Below are positions 8,759-15,639 of a stretch of 32,000 nt of DNA, piece by piece. This DNA is from Candidatus Thiothrix putei (GTDB lineage Bacteria > Pseudomonadota > Gammaproteobacteria > Thiotrichales > Thiotrichaceae). The notes under the pieces are model-generated. The model ran no database searches, had not been told where the DNA came from, and was given only the letters and a program-made list of their open reading frames with translations. A program made the translations under genes and the position numbers. Each line of letters begins with the position of its first letter. The stretch's first letter is position 1. The DNA lies in NCBI GenBank assembly GCA_029972225.1, contig CP124756.1:3974279-4006278 (forward strand), given 5' to 3'.

Positions 8759-8834
8759 CCGCGCCGAAACTGACCATTGAGTAATCGCCGGGGATTGGGC
8801 CATCGGCTTCGATGTCAACCATGATGAAGGTCAT
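8745..8834 (-). pseudogene. 5' remnant (~30 codons) of a DEDD-type exonuclease gene
   Basis: MTFIMVDIEADGPIPGDYSMVSFGAVIVEP from the ATG at 8834. The frame then runs into the antisense of the yjdF-like 3' end and loses similarity. Confidence 0.4.
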
Positions 8835-8887
8835 CTGTGTTTCTCCCGATAAGGTAAGGGGCGAAACATTTTCCGCCCCTACCAATG

Positions 8888-10051
8888 TTACGCTGCTTTG
8901 CCCTTGTCTGTCAGTTTGACCAGATCGTTCATGACGCCATCCAGACCGCCGTAGACGTTCAGGGTGCTGATGCGTCCGGTGATCTTTTCCAATATTTCCA
9001 GCTCTTTGAGGCGCAGCAACACAGGGTTGCCTTCCATGACCTTGGCGGTGTTGTGCATGGAGCGCGTTTCCTGTGTTTCTTCACGGCGGCGGATTTGGTT
9101 GGCTTCGGCCTTTTTCTCGGCTTCGACGACTTGCGCCAAAATCGCCTTCATATCACCGGGCAACACGATGTCACGCGCCCCGACGGTTTTCAGGTCGATG
9201 CCGTAAGCCGCTGCTTTTTCCGCAACCGTTTGCTGGATGGATTGGTTGAGCAGGTTTTTGTCTGCCAGCAATTCGTCCAGCGTTTGGGTGGAAACCACCG
9301 CACGTAACGCCAGTTGCAGCTCGCGGTACAGGTAGTCCTTGTGGTCTGCCAGTGCCGTTTTGACTTGCTGCGGGTCAACAATCTGCCACATGGCGGAGAG
9401 GTTGATGCGCAAGCCTACACGGTCTTTGGTGAGGATTTCCTGACCGTTAACCTCCATGTTTTGCAGGCGGCAATCGAGTTGCGTGACCTTGATCGTGTGG
9501 TTGAATTGCCACCAAACGTGCGTACCTGCTGTCAGTATTTCGCGCTGTTCGCCGTCGACTTCCAGAAAGCCGGTGTGACCTTCGGGGATGGTCGCCATCA
9601 CCAACGCGTTTAACGCCGCCGCCCGTAAGGTGGCATCTTTTGCGGTCAGCAATTGGCTTGCCAAGGCTTTGGGCAGCTTGAAATCGGTGCTGATGTCGAT
9701 TTTACGCACTTCAATGCTGCGCTGACCTTGCCAGCACGCGCCACGTTGCGCAGGCGGCTTGATGTCTTTCAGCACCTTGTCTTGGTACAGCAAACCGACT
9801 TCCTGTTCGCCGGTTTCCCAGCGATGGATATGCGCGGCGAATTTGTCGGCGTGCAAGTCGGCAAGGCTGACGACATCCTCCGGCACGAAGGTTTGCGCAC
9901 TGCCCGTGACGGCGAATTGCTGTACGCGGTACTGATTTTTCCAGCCGTAAAAGGTGTGGACACCCGCAGGCAGGATTTGCGCGAACTGTTCGTCTTTGAA
10001 CAACAGCCCGCGATGTGTTTCTGGAACAATAATTTTGGTTTTGAATAACAT
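8888..10051 (-). CDS. SPFH/band-7 (slipin-like) domain protein
   Basis: Start chosen at ATG 10051 (AAGGA 8 nt upstream): MLFKTKIIVPETHRGLLF.. SPFH-type C-terminal half: ..ILTKDRVGLRINLSAMWQIVDP..DIVLPGDMKAILAQVVEAEKKAEANQIRRREE.. Confidence 0.8.
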   Translation of the reverse strand: MLFKTKIIVPETHRGLLFKDEQFAQILPAGVHTFYGWKNQYRVQQFAVTGSAQTFVPEDVVSLADLHADKFAAHIHRWETGEQEVGLLYQDKVLKDIKPPAQRGACWQGQRSIEVRKIDISTDFKLPKALASQLLTAKDATLRAAALNALVMATIPEGHTGFLEVDGEQREILTAGTHVWWQFNHTIKVTQLDCRLQNMEVNGQEILTKDRVGLRINLSAMWQIVDPQQVKTALADHKDYLYRELQLALRAVVSTQTLDELLADKNLLNQSIQQTVAEKAAAYGIDLKTVGARDIVLPGDMKAILAQVVEAEKKAEANQIRRREETQETRSMHNTAKVMEGNPVLLRLKELEILEKITGRISTLNVYGGLDGVMNDLVKLTDKGKAA

Positions 10052-10302
10052 GGCGTTGTCCTTTAAAAATTGGGTGGCATTCCCCCACACCCGTGCAGGC
10101 TTGACGGTTTGTGCCGGATGGGAAATCCGCGTGAGCCGAAGCCGTTGCGGTTTCGCACCTCGCAGACCCACCGTCAAGGCGGCGCGGGTGTTGGTCGTTG
10201 CTGTCTGCCCATTCCTGCCGCAGCATTCCTGAGCGTCGGGCATTGACCGTGGTGGTTTGCCGTTTGTTTGCCCTTGCGGGCTAAGTTACCGTTTCAGGGT
10301 AA

Positions 10303-10376
10303 GTTCACTAGCCGGAGTCGAACCGACGACAACCAGATACCAGATCCAGTGCTCTACCAGACTGAGCTACAGTGAT
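10303..10376 (-). tRNA. tRNA-like gene B (probable tRNA pseudogene or non-decoding tRNA; nominal anticodon UGG)
   Basis: rc reads (A)TCACTG TA GCTCAGTCTGGTAGAGC A CTGGA TCTGGTA TCTGG TTGTC GTCGG TTCGACT CCGGC TAGTGA(A) C. Acceptor (6 bp), D and T arms are normal. The anticodon stem needs two G-U pairs, position 33 is C not U, and the region is a 7-nt tandem duplication (ATCTGGT x2). No encoded CCA. Confidence 0.55.
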
Positions 10377-10449
10377 GGGGCAGCCAGTTGGAGTCGAACC
10401 AACGACCGACCGGATTTCCGGTTGCTCTACCAGACTGAGCTATGGCTGC
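10376..10449 (-). tRNA. tRNA-like gene A with a 4-nt anticodon loop (non-decoding), encoded CCA
   Basis: rc reads GCAGCCA TA GCTCAGTCTGGTAGAGC A ACCGG AAAT CCGGT CGGTC GTTGG TTCGACT CCAAC TGGCTGC C CCA. Perfect 7-bp acceptor stem. D arm identical to gene B. The anticodon arm is 3 nt shorter than canonical. Confidence 0.55.
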
Positions 10450-10681
10450 ATGGTTTTGACGATCAGAACAGATACGCGGGTACACCAGCGGTGGTCGCGT
10501 CAGGCAGGCGGTTGAACCTGCTCCACAAGTAACGAAAGTCGTGAATGGTTTTGCAAGGGGTGTGCCAAGTTTGTTGGTATTTTTTAAGCTATTGATAATG
10601 ATTGATTTTATTTGTTTTCCCGATTCGGAGGGAGAACGGGGCAATGGAATTAATTATCTATAAAGATAGGAATCTATTTTC

Positions 10682-11119
10682 ATGAAAGAAACAGCACGCT
10701 ATCTCAACACAGACCTTGACCTGATTGCTGAGCAGGATTTGACGCTTCTGGTGCAGGTGTTGGAAGCCAACGGCTTTTATTCATTGCACGCTGGGGTTGG
10801 CGATGACGGCAAATGGTATGCAACCTTAGAAATCAATGAAGTGGCTGACGAGGCATTGCATCTGCGCCAGCCTGAGCTGACTATTGTGCTCATGCTTGAT
10901 GCTATCGAAGCACTGGATGCTTCAGCCCGTGCTCTTTGGGATGCTTGCATGAGCAAAACATTGGACATTGGTTATCAGTGTGGTGATGGGATGGGAGTCA
11001 GGAATGCGCTGACGAATGCAACCCTAACCCGCATGACTGCTTTAGGGGTGGATGTGTATATCTCGCTGTATCCGTGCGAATCGGACAACATTGCGGAATC
11101 CGTGCTTCAACCGCTATGA
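10682..11119 (+). CDS. Hypothetical acidic protein (weak DUF4279-like pattern)
   Basis: 145-aa ORF with no competing frame: ..DGKWYATLEINE..PELTIVLMLDAIEALDASARALWDAC..LDIGYQCGD..GVDVYISLYP. Family assignment is tentative. Confidence 0.5.
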   Translation: MKETARYLNTDLDLIAEQDLTLLVQVLEANGFYSLHAGVGDDGKWYATLEINEVADEALHLRQPELTIVLMLDAIEALDASARALWDACMSKTLDIGYQCGDGMGVRNALTNATLTRMTALGVDVYISLYPCESDNIAESVLQPL

Positions 11120-11154
11120 TGAGTTCATGAAAAACGCTAACCGAGGTGTTAGAA

Positions 11155-11406
11155 ATGCAAGTTACACTCGATGTCCCTGAACAATTCGGGCTGGACTACA
11201 CGCTTCCCGAACTTGCCAAACAAATCAAGCTGTATGCGGCTCTCGCCATGTTTCAGGCGGGTAAAATATCCGCAGGATTTGCCTGTGAGTTTGCAGGTGT
11301 AGACCGCTACCGCTTTTACGAAGAATGCGCAAAACACAAAATCCCTGTCATCAACTACGAACCCGGCGAACTCGAAGCGGAGTTGGAGGCATTGCGGGAT
11401 TTATGA
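11155..11406 (+). CDS. UPF0175-family antitoxin
   Basis: MQVTLDVPEQFGLDYTLPELAKQIKLYAALAMFQAGKISAGFACEFAGVDRYRFYEECAKHKIPVINY. GAGG RBS 8 nt upstream of ATG 11155. The stop overlaps the downstream start (ATGA at 11403-11406). Confidence 0.7.
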   Translation: MQVTLDVPEQFGLDYTLPELAKQIKLYAALAMFQAGKISAGFACEFAGVDRYRFYEECAKHKIPVINYEPGELEAELEALRDL

Positions 11407-11876
11407 TTATTGTTGCGGATAGTTCTGCCTTGGTTGCATTGGCAGTATGCAATGGATTGCACCTGTTGGACGCGCTTTATCAACAAGTCCGTGTGCCGCG
11501 TGCGGTGTTTGAGGAATGTGTTATTGCAGGCAAGCCCGCTGCTGAAAAACTGCTAGCCTACCTGAGTGACAAAACGGTGGATGTTGATTTGTCTGGTTTA
11601 GTCATCACCGCTAACGGGCTTGGAGCGGGTGAATTACAGGCGATGGCGCTGTACAAGCACTTGAATGCTCAACATTTACTGATTGATGATCAACGCGCCA
11701 AAAAAGTAGCATCACTTAATGCCATTAAAGCTATTGGTAGCTTGGGGTTGTTGTTGCGAGCCAAGGAAAAAGGGCTGATTGCGGCAATCAAGCCCTATGC
11801 GATGATTATCCAGCAGGCAAATCTGTATCTCAGCGACGTGGTGGTAACTGAGGCTTTGCGGTTGGCGGGGGAATGA
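11403..11876 (+). CDS. DUF3368 PIN-like nuclease toxin
   Basis: MIIVADSSALVALAVCNGLHLLDALYQQVRVPRAVFEEC..GELQAMALY..LLIDDQRAKKVA.. PIN-like acidic residues are present. Translationally coupled to the UPF0175 gene. Confidence 0.7.
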   Translation: MIIVADSSALVALAVCNGLHLLDALYQQVRVPRAVFEECVIAGKPAAEKLLAYLSDKTVDVDLSGLVITANGLGAGELQAMALYKHLNAQHLLIDDQRAKKVASLNAIKAIGSLGLLLRAKEKGLIAAIKPYAMIIQQANLYLSDVVVTEALRLAGE

Positions 11877-11879
11877 TTT

Positions 11880-12139
11880 TCATCCCTTCACACACACTAC
11901 CTGCCTGAACGTATGCAGCACTCCCACCAAATCACTCTACTCCGCCATCACCTTATCAATCGGCTTATAAGCCGAGGGTGTTTCATCAATCACCGCCTCA
12001 TCCACGCGGCATTCCACCCCCTCAACAGCGCGTTTATGCTCATCCAGTGACACGCGACATCACGCGCCCCGCGCCGTGGCTGCAACTGCAAAAACTTTCC
12101 TCATTATCCAAGCCGCGCACGATGAAGGATTTCGCCCCC
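11880..12139 (-). pseudogene. rtcB: Second rtcB copy, decayed 3' remnant (~last 90 codons)
   Basis: The rc aligns by eye along its length with 1678-1953 (GAKSFIVRGL.NEESFCSCSHGAGRVMSR ... QVVCVKG stop). It has a 20-nt internal deletion (frameshift) and an in-frame TAG. The upstream two-thirds of the gene is absent. Confidence 0.8.
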
Positions 12140-12175
12140 TAAAAAGATAAAAACCCTATCTTTCTATTTATTCCT
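12139..12175 (-). repeat. 37-bp palindrome-containing element, copy 2, abutting the truncated rtcB remnant
   Basis: The rc is AGGAATAAATAGAAAGATAGGGTTTTTATCTTTTTAG, 34/37 identical to 755-791. Same orientation relative to rtcB as copy 1. Confidence 0.6.
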
Positions 12176-12241
12176 AGGTTGGCAGGAACAACCTTGCATA
12201 TTGCCCGTCATACGCTATTATTCCTTGGATAGCAGGAACAA
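12168..12241 (+). promoter_or_regulatory. hipBA promoter with two 24-bp direct repeats (candidate HipB operators)
   Basis: TTATTCCTAGGTTGGCAGGAACAA (12168-12191) and TTATTCCTTGGATAGCAGGAACAA (12218-12241), 20/24 identical. TTGCAT (12194-12199)-16 nt-TATTAT (12216-12221). The second repeat overlaps the -10. Confidence 0.5.
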
Positions 12242-12253
12242 TGGTAACGCACA

Positions 12254-12529
12254 ATGGCAAGACCGCTCACACCACTTCCCACCCCCCAACAATTCGGCGC
12301 ACTCACCCCGGCATTACTGGGGCAATTCATCCGCGCCAAACGCACCCAATCCGGCTTGCGGATTGATGATGCTGCCGCGTTACTCGGCGTTGCCAAAGAC
12401 ACCTTGAGCAAGCTGGAACGTGGGCATTCCGGCGTACAACTCAGTACATTGCTTCAAGTGCTCAACGGTCTTGGCATTGCGCTAAAAGTAGAGCCGTGGA
12501 CAGAAGGTGGTGACGATGACTGGGTATGA
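12254..12529 (+). CDS. hipB: HipB-like XRE-family HTH antitoxin
   Basis: ..LGQFIRAKRTQSGLRIDDAAALLGVAKDTLSKLERGHSGVQLSTLLQVLNGLGIAL.. Overlaps the hipA start by 14 nt. Confidence 0.8.
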   Translation: MARPLTPLPTPQQFGALTPALLGQFIRAKRTQSGLRIDDAAALLGVAKDTLSKLERGHSGVQLSTLLQVLNGLGIALKVEPWTEGGDDDWV

Positions 12530-13250
12530 GCACCGCCTGCGGATTTACTTGGGTGAGCAGCCCATCGGTTTCCTGCTGGCAGATGCGCAAGGGCAATTGA
12601 CGCTGGAATACACTCCGACATGGCAGGCCAGTGGTTTTGCCATTTCGCCGCATTTGCCGCTGACAAACACAGCGAATCATCAAGTGGTGCAACGTTTCCT
12701 GCGTAACTTGCTGCCCGAAGGTCAGGGTTTCGACATCCTGCTGGAAAACTACCAGCTCAGCCGTGCCAATACCTTTGGGATTATCCGCGCTTTGGGAACA
12801 GATACGCCGGGTGCATTGCAGTTCTTGCCTGAAACGCTTGAACCCATCCAGCCCGCCTGCTTGCGCCCGATCCTGCCTGCTGAATTGCTGGAGCGGCTCG
12901 ACAATCAACCCGCCCGCAACCTGATTGTGTGGGATGGTCGCCCGCGCCTGTCGGTGGCTGGGGTTCAACATAAAATCAATGTGTTGGCGGATGCACAAGG
13001 CGGGCTGGCATTTGGCGAAGGCAGCTTGTGTTCCACCCATATCCTTAAGTTCGAGCCAGCCAGCCAGAACCATGTGGTGCTGAATGAATACCTGCTGATG
13101 CAGCTTGCCAACGCTATCGGTTTGCCCGTCGCAGCGGTGGAATTGCTGCGTTTCGGGCAACATCGTGCGTTGCTGGTGACACGCTTCGACCGCAAACGCC
13201 AGGGCGATACGGTATTGCGTCGCCATCTGATTGATGGTTGCCAAGCACTC
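12516..13250 (+). pseudogene. hipA: HipA-family Ser/Thr kinase toxin, N-terminal 245 codons (IS-interrupted)
   Basis: MTGYEHRLRIYLGEQPIGFLL..LPEGQG..GTDTPGALQF..SVAGVQHKI..LVTRFDRK..RRHLIDGCQAL, then the IS5-like end at 13251. Confidence 0.85.
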
Positions 13251-14632
13251 GAGCGACTTGCAAAATCCGACAAACTGAGTTGCTCAATTTTCAGCATTGA
13301 CCGAACGCCGCATATTCAGCCGATTTTTTACTCAATTTGACCAACGAAACCTGAGCTTTTTCAGTTTTACCGTAACTTTTGCTAAATTTCACCCATACCG
13401 ATGCGACTGCTCCTGTTTTTCAGTCAGTCTTCCCGTGTTTTTTCAAAACCAGTCGCCTTATAACAAGACACGCATCAGTTGATCAGCACTCAACACCAAA
13501 ATCCCAAACATCAAGTGGCTGTAAACTTTTTGCGCACCTTGCACCCACACATTCCGACCACCAAATTCATCCTTCAGGCGGGCATTGGTTCGTTCTACGG
13601 TGCTGCGAATTTTGTAACGCTCGGCATCAGCAGGTTCAAACGCTTCTTTCTGTCCGCCGCGAGGATTGTGATCAATCAGAGGGACATGCCCCAGATGACG
13701 GCTGTATTCGTGCAAATCAGCACTGCAATAGGCTGCATCCATCAGGTCGTAGAGACTGGTGACACGTTGGGCACTGATTTGGGACAGTGGAATAGCCGCC
13801 CCGCTGTCGTGAAACGAGGCGGAAGACAGAATGGCTGCTATCGGGACACCACAATCGGCGGTATCGATATGCAGTTTGTAGCCGTTCCAACTGTGCTTGT
13901 AGCCTTGGGCATTCTTCTTCGTCCCCCGGTTACACTGAACCGGTATCTCATCGAGTGCTTGCTGAAGTGACTGTTCCCGTTGGCGCTGAATCCGTGTTTG
14001 CCCTTGTTTTTTCTTTGGCTTTTCCTCGGCAACAGGCCGTTCACGTGCCTCAATGGCTGTTGAATCCCGACACAGGTGACCGATCAGCGCATCGCCCAAA
14101 TACGTTTTCACCAACGTTTCATGCACACGTTCCGCTAAACGCTGTTCAGCAAATTCAGCGAAGGCACGTGAAAAGGTGGATTCGGAAGGCAGTTTCTTGG
14201 TCAGGGGAAACCCGCAGATGCGTCGCAGGGAGCGATCGTTTTGCAGCCGGTCAATGAGTGCTCGCGTATTGACAATATTGAGCACGCTTTTGGCGACAAA
14301 AGCATTGGCAAACCAAGATCGCTCCGTCGCTGGCCGTCCAGACCCATCACGAAAAGAGCGCACAAAATCTTCAATGCGCGTCAGCTCCAGTACGTGAATG
14401 AGTTTTTCAAGCTTGGGGGTCAATGTGCCAAAGGCATCATTGAAGCAAGGTAGTATTTCAATTTGCAGCAAACTCCAGCGTTGTGCAATCAGGGCGCGTT
14501 CGGTAGAATTCATAGCGTGGGCTTAATGGTTGTTTTGACGCTTCTATTATCGCCGAAAACGGCAGCCCACACTTCTTTTTTCCTTCAGATGAAGGAAGGT
14601 TTACGCTGAAAATGTAATTTTGCAAGTGGCTC
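13251..14632 (-). mobile_element. IS5-family-like insertion sequence (1382 bp) inside hipA
   Basis: IRs GAGCGACTTGCAAAAT (13251-13266) versus the rc of 14617-14632, GAGCCACTTGCAAAAT (15/16). 4-bp target duplication ACTC (13247-13250 and 14633-14636). Confidence 0.85.
13458..14513 (-). CDS. IS5/IS1182-type DDE transposase
   Basis: 351 aa. The N-terminal region is DUF772-like. The DDE region has ..GYKLHIDTADCGVPIAAIL..LYDLMDAAYCS..YKIRSTVERTNARLKDEFGGRNVWVQG.. Confidence 0.8.
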   Translation of the reverse strand: MNSTERALIAQRWSLLQIEILPCFNDAFGTLTPKLEKLIHVLELTRIEDFVRSFRDGSGRPATERSWFANAFVAKSVLNIVNTRALIDRLQNDRSLRRICGFPLTKKLPSESTFSRAFAEFAEQRLAERVHETLVKTYLGDALIGHLCRDSTAIEARERPVAEEKPKKKQGQTRIQRQREQSLQQALDEIPVQCNRGTKKNAQGYKHSWNGYKLHIDTADCGVPIAAILSSASFHDSGAAIPLSQISAQRVTSLYDLMDAAYCSADLHEYSRHLGHVPLIDHNPRGGQKEAFEPADAERYKIRSTVERTNARLKDEFGGRNVWVQGAQKVYSHLMFGILVLSADQLMRVLL

Positions 14633-14636
14633 ACTC

Positions 14637-15200
14637 GATTTGCCGCCTGAATACAAATACGAACGCAATTTTGGTAACAGCCCCGATGTGGCGGCTATCC
14701 GTGACGGCGCAAGTTTGCCGCGTTTATTTGCCTTCTGCGCTCATTGCCGTTCGCCTGCACTTGCCCGCAAATACGTGCTGGACTGGGTGCTATTCAATCT
14801 CATCATCAGCAATTGGGATGCGCACGGCAAAAACATCAGCTTTTTCGTCGGCAAAAACGGCATCGAACCTGCGCCTTGCTACGATCTGGTCAATATCGCG
14901 GTATATCCCGAATACCAGCAGGAACTGGCGATGGCGTTGGGGGATGACTTCGATACCCGTGTGTCCGCCTTTCAATTGGCGGATTTTGCCGCGAGTTGTG
15001 GTCTGTCGCGCTCACTGGTGCAGGCAACACTGACCGCCATGTGCAAGCAGGTCGTTGAACAATTGCCCCGCGTGTGGGCGGCGTGTGTATTGAAAACCCC
15101 AGCAGAACAGCAGTTTGCAGCAAACTTGCGGGATAGCATCCAGCAACAGACAAGCCGCTTGCTGGAACATGCGGGCATGATGCAGGATGTAGTGCTATAA
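14637..15200 (+). pseudogene. hipA: HipA-family kinase, C-terminal 187 codons
   Basis: DLPPEYKYERNFG..VLFNLIISNWDAHGKNISFF (catalytic DxHxKN loop). In frame with 12516-13250 after removing the IS and one ACTC (..CQALDLPPEYKYE..), for a restored length of 432 aa. Confidence 0.85.
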
Positions 15201-15268
15201 GCGTAACTTACACCCTACTCGAAAATTGTGGTGGATGTGCATTTGTCACAATAGTGAGTCGCACAATT

Positions 15269-15638
15269 TTAGTCTCCGCTAAGCCGCGTTAGAAATTTCA
15301 TTACAAGCATTGAGCATGATGCGCTGTAGATCATCTGAATGAGAAAATCCAAGTCTTCGTGAAATACGAAGGTTTGTCTGTGGTCAAGTTTGTAAAGAGT
15401 GTGGAGATTTTTACGAATCCCCTTGGTCGACAAGGAAAGTTTCCATTCATGCGCTGCTTTGTGGCGGATAAGTCGGATAAGGTGGCATCTTTTAGCTTCC
15501 TCTTGAGTAATCAAATTGAGTGTCAGTGCTTGCTTGATTTTCTTGTCAAATATTGGAGGTGGTTTGCCAGTATCGCCAGTACGCGATGCTTCCTTTTCAA
15601 GCAGTCCTTCAAGTATATACCAGTCCGTGCCATAAAAT
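15269..15638 (-). pseudogene. HEPN-like (Abi/DUF4145-type RxxxxH) protein, C-terminal fragment lacking its 5' end
   Basis: The frame is open from the IS630-like end with no ATG: LFYGTDWYILEGLLEKEAS..LITQEEAKRCHLIRLIRHKAAHEWKLSL.. It contains R-HKAA-H (Rx4H). Confidence 0.4.
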
Positions 15639-15639
15639 A

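Noticed and set aside
8857-8880. Hairpin AGGGGCG-N10-CGCCCCT just after the SPFH stop, as a terminator.
   Set aside because: No U-tract follows on either strand, so it is not a convincing intrinsic terminator. It was left unannotated.
10052-10302. A possible riboswitch (c-di-GMP-I or cobalamin-like) in the SPFH leader, prompted by GGGCAAAC and GACGC strings.
   Set aside because: Only short fragments resemble the consensus, and the conserved cores (GACGCAAAGCC and the B12 box) are absent. It cannot be supported without a covariance-model scan.
10257-10644. ORFs 10257-10532 (+) and 10354-10644 (-) covering the tRNA-like region.
   Set aside because: They overlap two cloverleaf-forming units, and have no RBS and no protein-like composition. 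The RNA interpretation explains the sequence better.
10653-10664. ATTATCTATAAA upstream of the 10682 gene is identical to 12 nt of the DDE_Tnp_4 IS terminal repeat (25799-25810). It also contains an AAAGATAGG-like core similar to the 37-bp rtcB element.
   Set aside because: The match is only 12 nt in AT-rich DNA and similarity does not extend on either side. That is too short to call a solo IR, a MITE or a shared operator.
12180-12198. A second sigma-54-like motif, TGGCAGGAACAACCTTGCA, upstream of hipB.
   Set aside because: The GG-to-GC spacing is 3 nt too long for a -24/-12 promoter. The GGCAGGAACAA part is one of two direct repeats more simply read as operator half-sites around a sigma-70 promoter.
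15213-15262. Inverted repeat AAAATTGTG ... CACAATTTT between the convergent hipA and HEPN-like genes.
   Set aside because: 9-bp arms separated by about 31 nt in an AT-rich spacer. It could be a weak bidirectional terminator, but there are no U-tracts and the stem is poor.
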